From the NCBI GenBank assembly GCA_017962145.1, contig JAGCVX010000014.1, forward strand, positions 5,162-69,161: a stretch of DNA of 64,000 bases, given 5' to 3'. The position numbers were made by a program, and so were the translations under genes. This DNA comes from Clostridiales bacterium. Lineage in GTDB: Bacteria > Bacillota > Clostridia > Saccharofermentanales > Saccharofermentanaceae. Below, piece by piece: positions 45,106 to 54,901 of this stretch. Under the pieces are notes generated by a model that did not search any database, was not told the origin of the DNA, and saw nothing but the letters and a program-made list of their open reading frames with translations. The first letter of the stretch is position 1; each line of letters begins with the position of its first letter.

Positions 45106-47049
45106 TCAGGACGGTACGTCCTCGATATACTTCAGTCCTTCTTCGTGGAAGGTGTAGGCGTAGTCTCCGATGTGCTCACTGACAAATGCCTGGTAGTTAT
45201 CCATGCGGATAAAGCTGTTGACACGGTCATACCACTCCGGATTCGGAGAAGCCTCTACGTAGAAGAGGATCAGGATCTGCGAATCGCCTTCGTCGAAGAG
45301 GATCTTGTCGCCGCTCTTTCGCGCCGGATCAAAGATCCAGTCATCGATATTCTGCGGGTTGTTTCCGGGATAAAGCGCGGTCTGCTGGACGGCACGCATC
45401 GAGCCTTCGAGCAGTTCGTCGGCGTAGGTAGTCTCGAGTGTGATCATGCTGGCTTCATCCGTGATGCTGTCAAAGATCGACTGCGAAAGCGGGATGATAT
45501 CGGCGCTCGGAACACCGGGGATACCGAGTTCCGGATCTTCCTGATAAATATAGAAGAAACGGACGTTACGAAGCGGTTCTTCCTGTCGGACGCGCTCGAC
45601 AAAACAGAAGATGATCGGGAATCCGTACTCATCGTGGAAGATCGTGCAGTCGCCGGATGTGCGGAGCGGATCAAAGAGCCAGTTTCTCCACGGAGCCTCA
45701 TCGATCTCCGAGTAGCGGATACGCTTATGGAGCGTGGAATCCGGAACCAGAAGACGCTGCTGCGCTTCACCGGAGAAATACTGCGCCGCGACGGATTCGA
45801 ACTTCGATTCGTCGTGACCGATCGCCGCGATGATCTCTTCTGCATGGATATTTGCAGTGGTTACGTAGTTTTCTTCACGCGCTTCGAAAGTCATGCGCAA
45901 TACGCGGAAAGAAACCAGATCGTAGGAGTTTCTGGAATCCTGGTAAGCCTGCTCGGCCTGTTCCGGTGTCGCTTTTAACTCGTCGAGCTTCATGTTGGCC
46001 GCATAGTCCTCGGCGAAATACACTTTCGGAAGAACATCGAGGATGAGATCCTTGGTGACGTACGCGCCAAATGCGCCTTTGATATAGGTGTTCAGATCGA
46101 TGTGCAGGGCATCGGCTTTGCCTTTGAGCCAGTCGATGTAGGCCTGGGCACGTTCGTGATGCTCAGGGGAGATGGAGTAGCCGTGCGCGATGGCATCGTC
46201 ATAAAGCATGTAGGTGCTCTGGATCTCCTTAGCGGTGATATCCAGGAAGTATTCGCGGTAAGTGGCAAATCCGTTTTCGCCCGGCCCGGAAAGCATCTGC
46301 TCGGTGTTCGGCTTAAAGATATCAACACCGTTTTCAAGCAGTACATAATGATACATGAAACTGAACTCGGCGTTCGAAACTTCCTGCGATCCGACAGTCA
46401 GCGGGGAGGCAAGACGTTCGTTCAGTCTTCCCATCGAGATCACGAAAAGCACGACGATCACGAGACAGATCGCAGCAAGGATGATGATAAAAGACTTCGG
46501 CTTCCAGTTCATCTTCTTGCCCTTGCCGGAAGGAACCGCGTCCGCACGGCGTGTCGATGTTTCCTGGAATGCCGGTGCATCCGGGTCATCCGGGTTGGCC
46601 AGAGAATTGATCTCGTGTGCACCCAGCTCCATCGGCTGCGGCTCGATCATCTCCCAGGATTCTTCGGGTTCTTCAGTAGGTACGATCGACTCGTCCGCAT
46701 TCTCGTCTGCGGGAAATGCCATGTCGTCGATTCTTTCGAGTACTTCGACGTTATCGACCATGTCACGGAACTGCGCTTCGGATACGATATCCTCTGCCGG
46801 TGCGACAGATTCTGCGGATTCGACCGCTTCGACCGCTTCTGCTGCCTCGGTAATTTCTTCCGCGGCAGGCTCCACAGCCTGTTCGATCGCAGACTCTAAA
46901 GACGCAACTTCGGGCGCTTCCGACGGTGCATTTTCCGCGGAATCGATCAGATCCGGATCTGTATTTGCCGCAGCATCAGAAGCGGGCACGTTTTCGATCG
47001 GTGCCTGATTCTCTTCGTTCTGCGGTTTTTCGTTCTTGTTTTTCTTCAT
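45106..47049 (-). CDS. Membrane-anchored protein with an acidic disordered N-terminus and a PpiD/SurA-N-like extracytoplasmic domain (tentative)
   Basis: ~190 aa of E/A/P/D-rich low-complexity sequence, one TM segment, then a domain with two (N/D)W(L/I)FDPxR(T/K)SGD motifs. I saw no parvulin signature. Confidence 0.4.
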   Translation of the reverse strand: MKKNKNEKPQNEENQAPIENVPASDAAANTDPDLIDSAENAPSEAPEVASLESAIEQAVEPAAEEITEAAEAVEAVESAESVAPAEDIVSEAQFRDMVDNVEVLERIDDMAFPADENADESIVPTEEPEESWEMIEPQPMELGAHEINSLANPDDPDAPAFQETSTRRADAVPSGKGKKMNWKPKSFIIILAAICLVIVVLFVISMGRLNERLASPLTVGSQEVSNAEFSFMYHYVLLENGVDIFKPNTEQMLSGPGENGFATYREYFLDITAKEIQSTYMLYDDAIAHGYSISPEHHERAQAYIDWLKGKADALHIDLNTYIKGAFGAYVTKDLILDVLPKVYFAEDYAANMKLDELKATPEQAEQAYQDSRNSYDLVSFRVLRMTFEAREENYVTTANIHAEEIIAAIGHDESKFESVAAQYFSGEAQQRLLVPDSTLHKRIRYSEIDEAPWRNWLFDPLRTSGDCTIFHDEYGFPIIFCFVERVRQEEPLRNVRFFYIYQEDPELGIPGVPSADIIPLSQSIFDSITDEASMITLETTYADELLEGSMRAVQQTALYPGNNPQNIDDWIFDPARKSGDKILFDEGDSQILILFYVEASPNPEWYDRVNSFIRMDNYQAFVSEHIGDYAYTFHEEGLKYIEDVPS

Positions 47050-47083
47050 AATCCATACAACCTTTCGTACGAATCAGGACGTG

Positions 47084-48007
47084 TCAGTCTTCGTCTTCGT
47101 CCTTCGGTACGACCAGTGTCAATGCCTGAGGCAGGCACTTGATCGTGATCGGGAGCAGAGGACCTTCTTCGCCGTCGAGGTCGAGGCGAACCTCCTGATC
47201 TCCCACCGGTGCGATATCCAGACGGTCGGTCTGGAAATAGAGAACACTGTCATCCGACATGTGATCTCCTACGATGTATTTTCCGATCAAAGGCAGGATC
47301 TGCGTGACATCGAGTTTGCTCAAAACAAGCACGTCGAGAAGTCCGTCGGAGAGCTCCGCCTTCGGGAACAGCTTTCTGATACCGGCAACGCTGCGGCTGT
47401 TGGCCACGAGGAAGACCAGTACGTCTTTTCTGTATTCGTCGCTGGGGGTCGAGAAGTAAAGCGGGATGCTCTTAAAGAGATTGCCCGGAGCTTCCTTGGC
47501 GCCTTCGATCACGTAGGCAAGTGAGCCCAGAGAGGTCTTGGCAGCGGAAGGCACCTTGTAGGCGACATCCGTCATCAGACCACCGGCGAGTACATTCAGA
47601 AAATAAGAATCACCGGCCTGACCGACATCCACGTCCATTCTCTTTCCGTCCAGAAGCATTCTGGCGAAAGCAGACGGGTTGGTAGGCAGGTTCAAAGCAG
47701 TAGCAAAGTCATTGACGGTTCCGCCCGAAAGAACGGCCAGAGGCGTCTTCGATCCGCCGATCATCAGTCCGCTTACGACTTCGTTGATGGTTCCGTCGCC
47801 GCCAACGGCCATAACGACGTCATACTCGCCCGGCTTGAGTGCGGCTGCAAAATTCTTGGCATCATCTTTAGCTCCTGTGTAGGAGATATCCGCGCGCGCG
47901 ATGGAGTCCGACTCTGCAAGATAATGCAGGATGTCGCCCACGACCAGAGCGTTTGCCTGGCGGCCGGATGACGGATTAAAGATGATTTTCAGTTTGATTC
48001 TGTCCAA
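47084..48007 (-). CDS. Diacylglycerol/lipid kinase (DagK/YegS family)
   Basis: NPSSG and GGDGTINEV motifs, ~307 aa. Confidence 0.8.
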   Translation of the reverse strand: MDRIKLKIIFNPSSGRQANALVVGDILHYLAESDSIARADISYTGAKDDAKNFAAALKPGEYDVVMAVGGDGTINEVVSGLMIGGSKTPLAVLSGGTVNDFATALNLPTNPSAFARMLLDGKRMDVDVGQAGDSYFLNVLAGGLMTDVAYKVPSAAKTSLGSLAYVIEGAKEAPGNLFKSIPLYFSTPSDEYRKDVLVFLVANSRSVAGIRKLFPKAELSDGLLDVLVLSKLDVTQILPLIGKYIVGDHMSDDSVLYFQTDRLDIAPVGDQEVRLDLDGEEGPLLPITIKCLPQALTLVVPKDEDED

Positions 48008-48239
48008 ATCATTATCCTCTCGAAATATTACAAATATTCACACTATACTCTAACACAAACGAACCGTGATTTCCATTTCTGTAAGGTTACAGTGCTCGGA
48101 ACAGGCGGAAGATCGGGCGATCCTTCCGGGCTTTTTCGTGCCCGTGCGTAACTTGTGTCCATGTGGTACAATGGTGCTTGCAGATTTGTATTCCTATTAA
48201 TACAGATTGCGAGAAAAGAATCGAAACCGAGGAACTGAC

Positions 48240-50996
48240 ATGCGACCGTCTAACAAACGCTTTTTGAGCAAGGTGTTTGAACAACAATACCATATCTATG
48301 CTTTTTTCATTCCCGTGATGATCATGATGATCACATTTACGATCCTGCAGGTCCATCCGTTTGCCACGGGTGAGGACATGATCCTTACGGTAGACTGCTA
48401 CCACCAGTATGCGCCGTTTCTTGTCGAACTGCGTAACAAGCTCCTGTCCGGAGAGAGTCTCTTTTTCTCCTGGAACGTCGGCATGGGCACCAATTTCTGG
48501 GCGGTCTTTGCCAACTACTCTGCAAGCCCTCTGAACCTCCTGGCGATCTTTTTCCCGCCGAAATATATCGGCGACTGCATCGCTTTTCTGGCGATCCTGC
48601 GCTGCGGCCTGACCGGTCTTTTCATGTCCTTCCTTCTTAAAGAACTGGACAAGGGCCGTAAGGATCTCTGCCTTTCTGCATTTTCTTCCATCTACGCACT
48701 TTGCGGATGGGTCATCTCTTATTTCTGGAACATCATGTGGCATGACGCCGTGATGCTCCTGCCGCTGATCGTACTGGGTCTGATCTACATGATGCGCGAC
48801 AAAAAGCCGCTTCTTTACTGCATCTCCCTTGCGGTCTGCCTGATCTCGAACTTCTATGCAGGCTACTTTGTCTGTCTCTTTTTGATCTTCTACGCGCCGA
48901 TCTGCTACGTCAGTATCACCGAGAAGATCACACTGAAAAACTTCTGGGCAGCCGTATGGCGCTTTGCCGTCTACTCGGGAATCGGCGGCGGACTTTCCGC
49001 GTTCCTGACACTGTCTACGTATTTCACGCTTCAGAAGTCTTCCGCAACCGGCGGAACTTTCCCGAAAGAATTCACGGTCATGAACGACTTCTTTGATTTC
49101 ATCAGCCGTTTCCTGATCGCGCCGAATCCGAATATCCGTGATGGTATGGCAAATGTCTACTGCGGACTTTTCGTCGTGATCCTCGTTCCGTTGTTCTTCC
49201 TCTGTAAGAAGATCCGTCTTCGCGACAAGATTGCGTATGGCGTGGGACTGGCGATCATGTACATCAGCCTCAGCAGCCGCATGATGACCTACATCTGGCA
49301 CGGATTCCATTTCCCGAACCAGATCCCGTACCGCCAGGCATTCCTGATCTCCTTCCTGATGGTGATCATGGGCTATAAGGTCCTTCGTAACCTCAAGAGT
49401 TTTTCAAAGACGGAACTGATGGTGCCGTGCCTTTCCATGATCGCGTTCCTGATCCTTTACGAAAAGATCGGTGAAGGTGAGGAGGGCTATCTTGCGATCG
49501 GTATCTCCTTTGTATTCCTGATCGTCTACACCGCGGTACTCCGCGTGATCGCTAACCAGAAAAAGAGTGCGATGTTCCAGCAGATCCTGCTGTTCTGCGT
49601 ACTCGTAGCGGAGATCTTTACCAGTACGGTCTCGACGGTCAGCTTGGTTGCCATGAACGAAGGTTTTACCGGCTGGGATTTCTACGCATCCCACTACGAC
49701 GAAGTACAGGACAAGATGGCGGCGGCAGAGGCGCAGAACCCCTACGGATTCGAACGCTCGGAGATCTACCCGGCGTATATCTGCAACCAGCCTGCTCTTT
49801 ATAACATGAAGGGTATCTCGATCTTTACTTCGACGGCCAGAGAGAGTTTTGTCACGTTCGTCAAGAATCTCGGTTTCCACAATAACGGCATCAACAGTAT
49901 GCGTAACTACGGTTTGACGGAAGTTACCGGTACGCTGTTCGGTGTAAGGTACATGTACGATCTGTACGATCACTCGCCGATCCCGTGCTGCTTCGACGAA
50001 ACCGAACACGATCATGACCATGAACACGGTGAAGTGCATCAGTTTATTAACCCGGATGCTCTCGCGCTGGGCTATATGGTCGATCCGGCCGTTCTCGAGT
50101 ACCACATGGATCAGACTTCCGTACCGTTTATCTCTACCAGTGCATTTGTAAAGAGCCTGGGCGTATCGGAAGATATCTACCGCGAAGTTGACCTGGAGTT
50201 CCTCGAAGAAGAGGGTGTCACAGGAAGCGGCGGAAGTCCGCGTACCGGCTACAAATACTCTTTCTCGAACAACAAGAAAGCGAAGATCGTCCTGAAGACG
50301 AAGGGTGCGGACGAAGGTGCGCATCTGTATCTGTATCTTGTTTCGAACAAGGCGCCGCGTGTTACGGTCGATGAGAAGGACTTAAATGAAGGCACGACCA
50401 TCGAGACCAGTATGACCGCCAGAACCTACCAGATCATCGATATCAGCTATTACTATTCCGACATCGATACGACGATCACACTGGACTTTTCGGACAGCAA
50501 CCTGACCGGCAATTTCTGGATCCAGTGCGCAGAGGTCGTGGATTCGGCCTATAACGAGATGGTCGAAAAACTCAGCGATGAGCAGATGAAGGTCCTGCGC
50601 TACGACTCCACCCACGTGGAAGCAACGGTCACAGCCAACGAAGACGGCGTGCTTTTCCTGACGATCCCGTACGACGAGAGCTGGACAGCATATGTGGACG
50701 GAAAGAAGCAGGAGATCAAGGCCGTAGACGATGCATTTATGGCACTTGAGCTTACCGCCGGCCGACACAGCATCTCTTTGGAGTATTACCCCGCGAAGTT
50801 CAAACTTTGCGCACTGATTTCAGTTGCGTCTCTTGCATTTCTCATTTTCCTGACTCTCGTGCGAAAGGCACTGGAGCATAAGCGTCTGGTGAAGGCTTTG
50901 CAGCCTTCTGCGGAACAGATGCAGATGGATCTTCCGGAAGACCCGCAGGACGAGGATGCAGCGGAACAGATCACGGTGAAAGAAGAGGACACATGA
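48240..50996 (+). CDS. YfhO-family GT-C membrane glycosyltransferase
   Basis: N-terminus reads HPFATGEDMILTVDCYHQYAPFLVELRNKLLSGESLFFSWNVGMGTNFWAVFANYSASPLNLL, matching the YfhO pattern. More than 12 TM segments plus a C-terminal outer domain and a final TM. Contains a His-rich insert EHDHDHEHGEVH. Confidence 0.75.
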   Translation: MRPSNKRFLSKVFEQQYHIYAFFIPVMIMMITFTILQVHPFATGEDMILTVDCYHQYAPFLVELRNKLLSGESLFFSWNVGMGTNFWAVFANYSASPLNLLAIFFPPKYIGDCIAFLAILRCGLTGLFMSFLLKELDKGRKDLCLSAFSSIYALCGWVISYFWNIMWHDAVMLLPLIVLGLIYMMRDKKPLLYCISLAVCLISNFYAGYFVCLFLIFYAPICYVSITEKITLKNFWAAVWRFAVYSGIGGGLSAFLTLSTYFTLQKSSATGGTFPKEFTVMNDFFDFISRFLIAPNPNIRDGMANVYCGLFVVILVPLFFLCKKIRLRDKIAYGVGLAIMYISLSSRMMTYIWHGFHFPNQIPYRQAFLISFLMVIMGYKVLRNLKSFSKTELMVPCLSMIAFLILYEKIGEGEEGYLAIGISFVFLIVYTAVLRVIANQKKSAMFQQILLFCVLVAEIFTSTVSTVSLVAMNEGFTGWDFYASHYDEVQDKMAAAEAQNPYGFERSEIYPAYICNQPALYNMKGISIFTSTARESFVTFVKNLGFHNNGINSMRNYGLTEVTGTLFGVRYMYDLYDHSPIPCCFDETEHDHDHEHGEVHQFINPDALALGYMVDPAVLEYHMDQTSVPFISTSAFVKSLGVSEDIYREVDLEFLEEEGVTGSGGSPRTGYKYSFSNNKKAKIVLKTKGADEGAHLYLYLVSNKAPRVTVDEKDLNEGTTIETSMTARTYQIIDISYYYSDIDTTITLDFSDSNLTGNFWIQCAEVVDSAYNEMVEKLSDEQMKVLRYDSTHVEATVTANEDGVLFLTIPYDESWTAYVDGKKQEIKAVDDAFMALELTAGRHSISLEYYPAKFKLCALISVASLAFLIFLTLVRKALEHKRLVKALQPSAEQMQMDLPEDPQDEDAAEQITVKEEDT

Positions 50997-53749
50997 GGCC
51001 TTTAGATAAGCAAAACCGAGTCCAGTTTTCGGATATCAAGACAAAACTGTGCCTGATCGTTGCGATCGTGCTTCCGGCACTGCTTCTTCTTGCCGTGGCA
51101 TATAAGTTCAAACTCGCTCCGTTTGGATCGGACTTCTTTGTTACGCGTGCCCAGCAGGATACCTATCTTCCGGTCATTGCGGAATTCCATAGAAAAGTCC
51201 GCACAGGTGAGTCGTTGTTTTATACCTGGAACTGCGGTGGCGGCATGAATTTCTGGGCACTTCTCGGCTGTTACGGCATGAGTCCGCTGAATCTTTTATA
51301 TCTATGCTTTCCCGCATCGTCGATCCCGGCGGTGACAGAACTGATCTTCCTGCTCAAGGCATGTCTTGCGTCCCTTGCGCTCTTTTTGATGTTCTGGAAA
51401 AAAGAAGATCTCGTATCGCCCCTGACTGTGGCGCTTTCTACTGCGTACGGTCTTTCCGGTTATATGCTTTCTTACTCGCAGGAGCCCTGGATGCTCGATG
51501 CCGTGATCCTGCTTCCGATTCTGATCCTTACGCTTTCGCGACTGGTTCGGGGCAGAAGTGCCTGGCAGTTTTCCATCTGTCTGGCTCTGATCCTGGCCAC
51601 GTCATATCAGGCAGGATTCTATGCACTGCTCTTTGCTTTGGTCATGTTCCCGCTTCTTTTTATGGAGATGCGTTCCGAGGGCGGATCGGTCAAGTTTAAA
51701 ACCGCGCTGAAGGATCTGCTGTTCTATCTGTTCTTCGGAATCGGCGGTTCCTCGATTTGCTGGCTTCCGGTGATCCGGGCGCTGATGCGTGCCGAGGTAT
51801 CCTATCAGTCCCTGATGTTCCCGCGTGATCTGACGATGGACCTGAAGGTATGGGACATCCTGGAGCGCTTTTCTTTTGACGCCGCGATTTCTTTCCCTTC
51901 CGACGCCATCTCCTACCCAAGCCTGTACTGCGGTATCCTGGTCGTCTTCCTGGTGATCCTCTATGGTTTTTCCACGAAAGTGCGATTTGCCCAGAAAATC
52001 TACTGCTACTGCACGATGGTATTTATCTATGTAACGATGTCGAGCACCGTGTTCAATTTCCTTGTGCATGGGCTGCATTTCCCGATCACCGGCGCGTATC
52101 CGCAGGCGATCCTTCTGACTTTTATGGCGATGTATATGAGCGGCAGACTTCTGAGCACAGGTGTGCTCTTTGAAAAGAAGACCCATATCCAGGGTGCGGT
52201 TGCCATGATCGTCGTGTTTATGGTGATCAACTCGGCCATCAATACCGAGCTTTCCTATGCGGACTACGCAGTCTTTGTTGCGCTGATCCTCCTTCTGCTT
52301 TATACCGCGATGGCAAACAAGATCAACGAGATCGGAACGAAGAGATTTTCTTTCTGGGCTATGATGATCTGTATCCTGATGGTGGCGGAGACCGGTCTTT
52401 CTTTCTACCGCCCGATCAAGGAGAAATACTATGTCCGCGCCATGAAAAATCCCGTGCTCGATTCAAAACTCAATCAGCGCATCAGCGGAACGGCTCGAAA
52501 AGAAATGCTGGGAAAAGAAGAGAAGATGGTCTACGAACTGAGTTCGGAAGTGCTTTATCAGAAGCCGGATCCGGCTGAAGATGCGCTCATGAGCGATGTT
52601 TCGGAAAGACGTACCATATCCGGAAGATTCTCGGATTACGAACCGGAAAAAGAAAACTTCGGTCTGATCTACGGTGTTCCGACGCTGAATTCGAACTACT
52701 ATATCACGCCGTATCTTTTCTCCGAGGCCCTTCACGATCTGGGCATGACCGAGACGAAGGAAGGAACGATCCTTCTTTCCGGCGGCACGGTTTTCACCGA
52801 TTATCTCTTTAATCACGAACTTACCCGAGCAGAAGGATTCATGTCTCCGATAGCCAAGGGAGCCGAGTGCGCCCACGCGCTGGGATTCTTCACGAGCACG
52901 GATGAGATCTACTCTGATTTCAGAAAGTCCGATTCTCCTTTTGCCAATCAAAATGCACTGGCGCTGCAGTTTTCCGGCGTCGAGCCGTACGAGCTTTTGG
53001 AAACGAGTGTGGTGGAAAAAGATAATATCTCCGACAAGGGCGACGGTGCATTTGCCGTAGTCGACGCGGAAGTCAGTTCTTCGATCACATATTCTTTCGA
53101 AGCTTCTTATAATAATACTATATATATATACTGTGACAGTGAGCAGCCGGTCATCGCCGAGATCATGCACTGCACCGATGCCGGTCTGGAGTCCAGCCGC
53201 GAGCGTGTGACCTCCGTGCAGTCCAAGATGCTTCGTATCGATCCGTCTCCGAATTCCGGAAATACCATCCGTGTCCGTCTGATCATGTCCCAGCCGGAAA
53301 ATGAAACGGTGCATTTTTCTGCGGCGGTCCTCGATGAGGAGAAACTGTCCCTTTGCATCGAGCGCATGACCGCATCTCCGTTTATCGTTGAGAAGGAATC
53401 CGCGGGAGAGCTTCAGGGACACATCCAGGCACCATCTTCCGGAGATCTCTGGCTCTCTATCCCGTATGATGCCGGCTGGACCGTTGAAGTGGACGGAGAA
53501 AAGACTTCTGTATTTGCCGCAAACAAATCCTTCCTCGGTATCCACTTGACCGAAGGAGAACACGTTATTACTATGAAATATATGCCGCAGGGATTTACGA
53601 CAGGCCAGTGGCTGTCCCCGGTATCGATTCTGATGATGATCTGCGTGTATTCTGCATCTTTCGCTGCGAAGAAGCAGGCAGAAGCGAAGAAAAGAAAAGG
53701 GGAGGACGCTGCCGTGGCATCCGAATCTCAGGAAGAGGAGCAGGGATGA
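50993..53749 (+). CDS. YfhO-family GT-C membrane glycosyltransferase (paralogue)
   Basis: APFGSDFFVTRAQQDTYLPVIAEFHRKVRTGESLFYTWNCGGGMNFWALLGCYGMSPLNLL. Same architecture as the upstream copy, with a 4-nt overlap. Confidence 0.75.
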   Translation: MRPLDKQNRVQFSDIKTKLCLIVAIVLPALLLLAVAYKFKLAPFGSDFFVTRAQQDTYLPVIAEFHRKVRTGESLFYTWNCGGGMNFWALLGCYGMSPLNLLYLCFPASSIPAVTELIFLLKACLASLALFLMFWKKEDLVSPLTVALSTAYGLSGYMLSYSQEPWMLDAVILLPILILTLSRLVRGRSAWQFSICLALILATSYQAGFYALLFALVMFPLLFMEMRSEGGSVKFKTALKDLLFYLFFGIGGSSICWLPVIRALMRAEVSYQSLMFPRDLTMDLKVWDILERFSFDAAISFPSDAISYPSLYCGILVVFLVILYGFSTKVRFAQKIYCYCTMVFIYVTMSSTVFNFLVHGLHFPITGAYPQAILLTFMAMYMSGRLLSTGVLFEKKTHIQGAVAMIVVFMVINSAINTELSYADYAVFVALILLLLYTAMANKINEIGTKRFSFWAMMICILMVAETGLSFYRPIKEKYYVRAMKNPVLDSKLNQRISGTARKEMLGKEEKMVYELSSEVLYQKPDPAEDALMSDVSERRTISGRFSDYEPEKENFGLIYGVPTLNSNYYITPYLFSEALHDLGMTETKEGTILLSGGTVFTDYLFNHELTRAEGFMSPIAKGAECAHALGFFTSTDEIYSDFRKSDSPFANQNALALQFSGVEPYELLETSVVEKDNISDKGDGAFAVVDAEVSSSITYSFEASYNNTIYIYCDSEQPVIAEIMHCTDAGLESSRERVTSVQSKMLRIDPSPNSGNTIRVRLIMSQPENETVHFSAAVLDEEKLSLCIERMTASPFIVEKESAGELQGHIQAPSSGDLWLSIPYDAGWTVEVDGEKTSVFAANKSFLGIHLTEGEHVITMKYMPQGFTTGQWLSPVSILMMICVYSASFAAKKQAEAKKRKGEDAAVASESQEEEQG

Positions 53750-54765
53750 AGAAAGAAGGACTACATAGCCCGACAACATTTGTTGTTTTCGATATGGAAT
53801 GGAATCAGCCGATTCCTTATATTCCGTCACCCATTGATCCGAAGCTTCTCCCGGGTGAGATCATCGAGATCGGTGCGGTCAAACTCGTGATGTATTCCGA
53901 GTCCGAATATACTTTTTCCCAGCCGATCTCCATCACGGTCCGTCCACAGTATTACCGGATCATGAACAAACAGGTCTCCCGCGTCATCAACAAAAGTACC
54001 GACGACCTCAAGTGCGGCATGTCGTTTATCGAAGCGTATGACGATTTCCTCAGATGGTGCGGCGAAGATTTTATTTTGTGCGCATGGGGCGACTCGGATA
54101 TCTCGATTTTAAAATCGAATCTGAAGATCCACGGTCTTTCAGCGGAGATCAACGACCGCTTCCTCGATATCCAGCCGTTCTTCGGACGTGTTGCCGAAAA
54201 TACGACGCAGCAGAGAAGTGTAGCTTACGCGGTAGATTTTTATAAGATCAACCAGACAGATGATTTCCATAGTGCCGATAAAGACGCGTACTATGAAGCC
54301 CGCATCCTGAAAGAAGCCCTGGTGGATTATTTCGTGCTGAGAAATAGAGAACCGGCCTCGGACAATAAAAACCCGTTTCCGACTCTGAAGCAGTATATTT
54401 CGAATCCGAATCTGAATACACAGAAAAAATGGAAGAGTGCGGTTTGCAAGACGGAAAAAGAGGCGCTTGCCCTGGCTGTTGCAGAAAAGATGTGCTGTCC
54501 GATCTGCGACACGGATCTTCAGGAAGTGATCGGATGGTTTTCAAGCGGACACACATGGATGTCTTTGTGGCAATGTGAACAGCACAGTACCCTGTCGGCA
54601 AAGGTCCGTGCGAAGCAGACACCCCAGCAGGGATATTATGGTGCCGGCCAGCTTCGTTTTGTAAATGGCAACGCCGCGAGATACGTTCGAGAGAAATGGG
54701 AAGAAAAACAGAAATTGAAAGAAAAAGTTAAAATTGACACAAACCCACCCGATAATGAGGAGTAA
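53746..54765 (+). CDS. DEDDh 3'-5' exonuclease (KapD/ERI-1-like) with a Cys/His-containing C-terminal extension
   Basis: ATG 53746 overlaps the YfhO stop (ATGA). FDMEWN, WGDSD and HSADKDA motifs. The C-terminal part has CCPICD...CEQH. Confidence 0.6.
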   Translation: MKKEGLHSPTTFVVFDMEWNQPIPYIPSPIDPKLLPGEIIEIGAVKLVMYSESEYTFSQPISITVRPQYYRIMNKQVSRVINKSTDDLKCGMSFIEAYDDFLRWCGEDFILCAWGDSDISILKSNLKIHGLSAEINDRFLDIQPFFGRVAENTTQQRSVAYAVDFYKINQTDDFHSADKDAYYEARILKEALVDYFVLRNREPASDNKNPFPTLKQYISNPNLNTQKKWKSAVCKTEKEALALAVAEKMCCPICDTDLQEVIGWFSSGHTWMSLWQCEQHSTLSAKVRAKQTPQQGYYGAGQLRFVNGNAARYVREKWEEKQKLKEKVKIDTNPPDNEE

Positions 54766-54868
54766 TTGTGAACAATTGTGAACTTTCCAAGTTTTAGGGT
54801 TTATTTTTGCAACTATCTAAATATAATGATAATTAAGTATAACCAAAAATAACCAATCTTAACCAAAT
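54764..54868 (+). promoter_or_regulatory. AT-rich upstream region with 10-bp phased direct repeats
   Basis: AATTGTGAAC occurs twice in tandem (54764-54783). ATAACCAAAA / ATAACCAATC / TTAACCAAAT lie in tandem at 54839-54868, 34-63 nt before the ATG. Confidence 0.35.
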
Positions 54869-54901
54869 TGAAACATTGACAGAAATTGGAGGCTAATCAA
54901 G

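Noticed and set aside
54876-54881. Consensus TTGACA hexamer 21 nt before the PilX-like gene ATG.
   Set aside because: It is too close to the RBS and start codon to be a -35 element for this gene, and no matching -10 follows.
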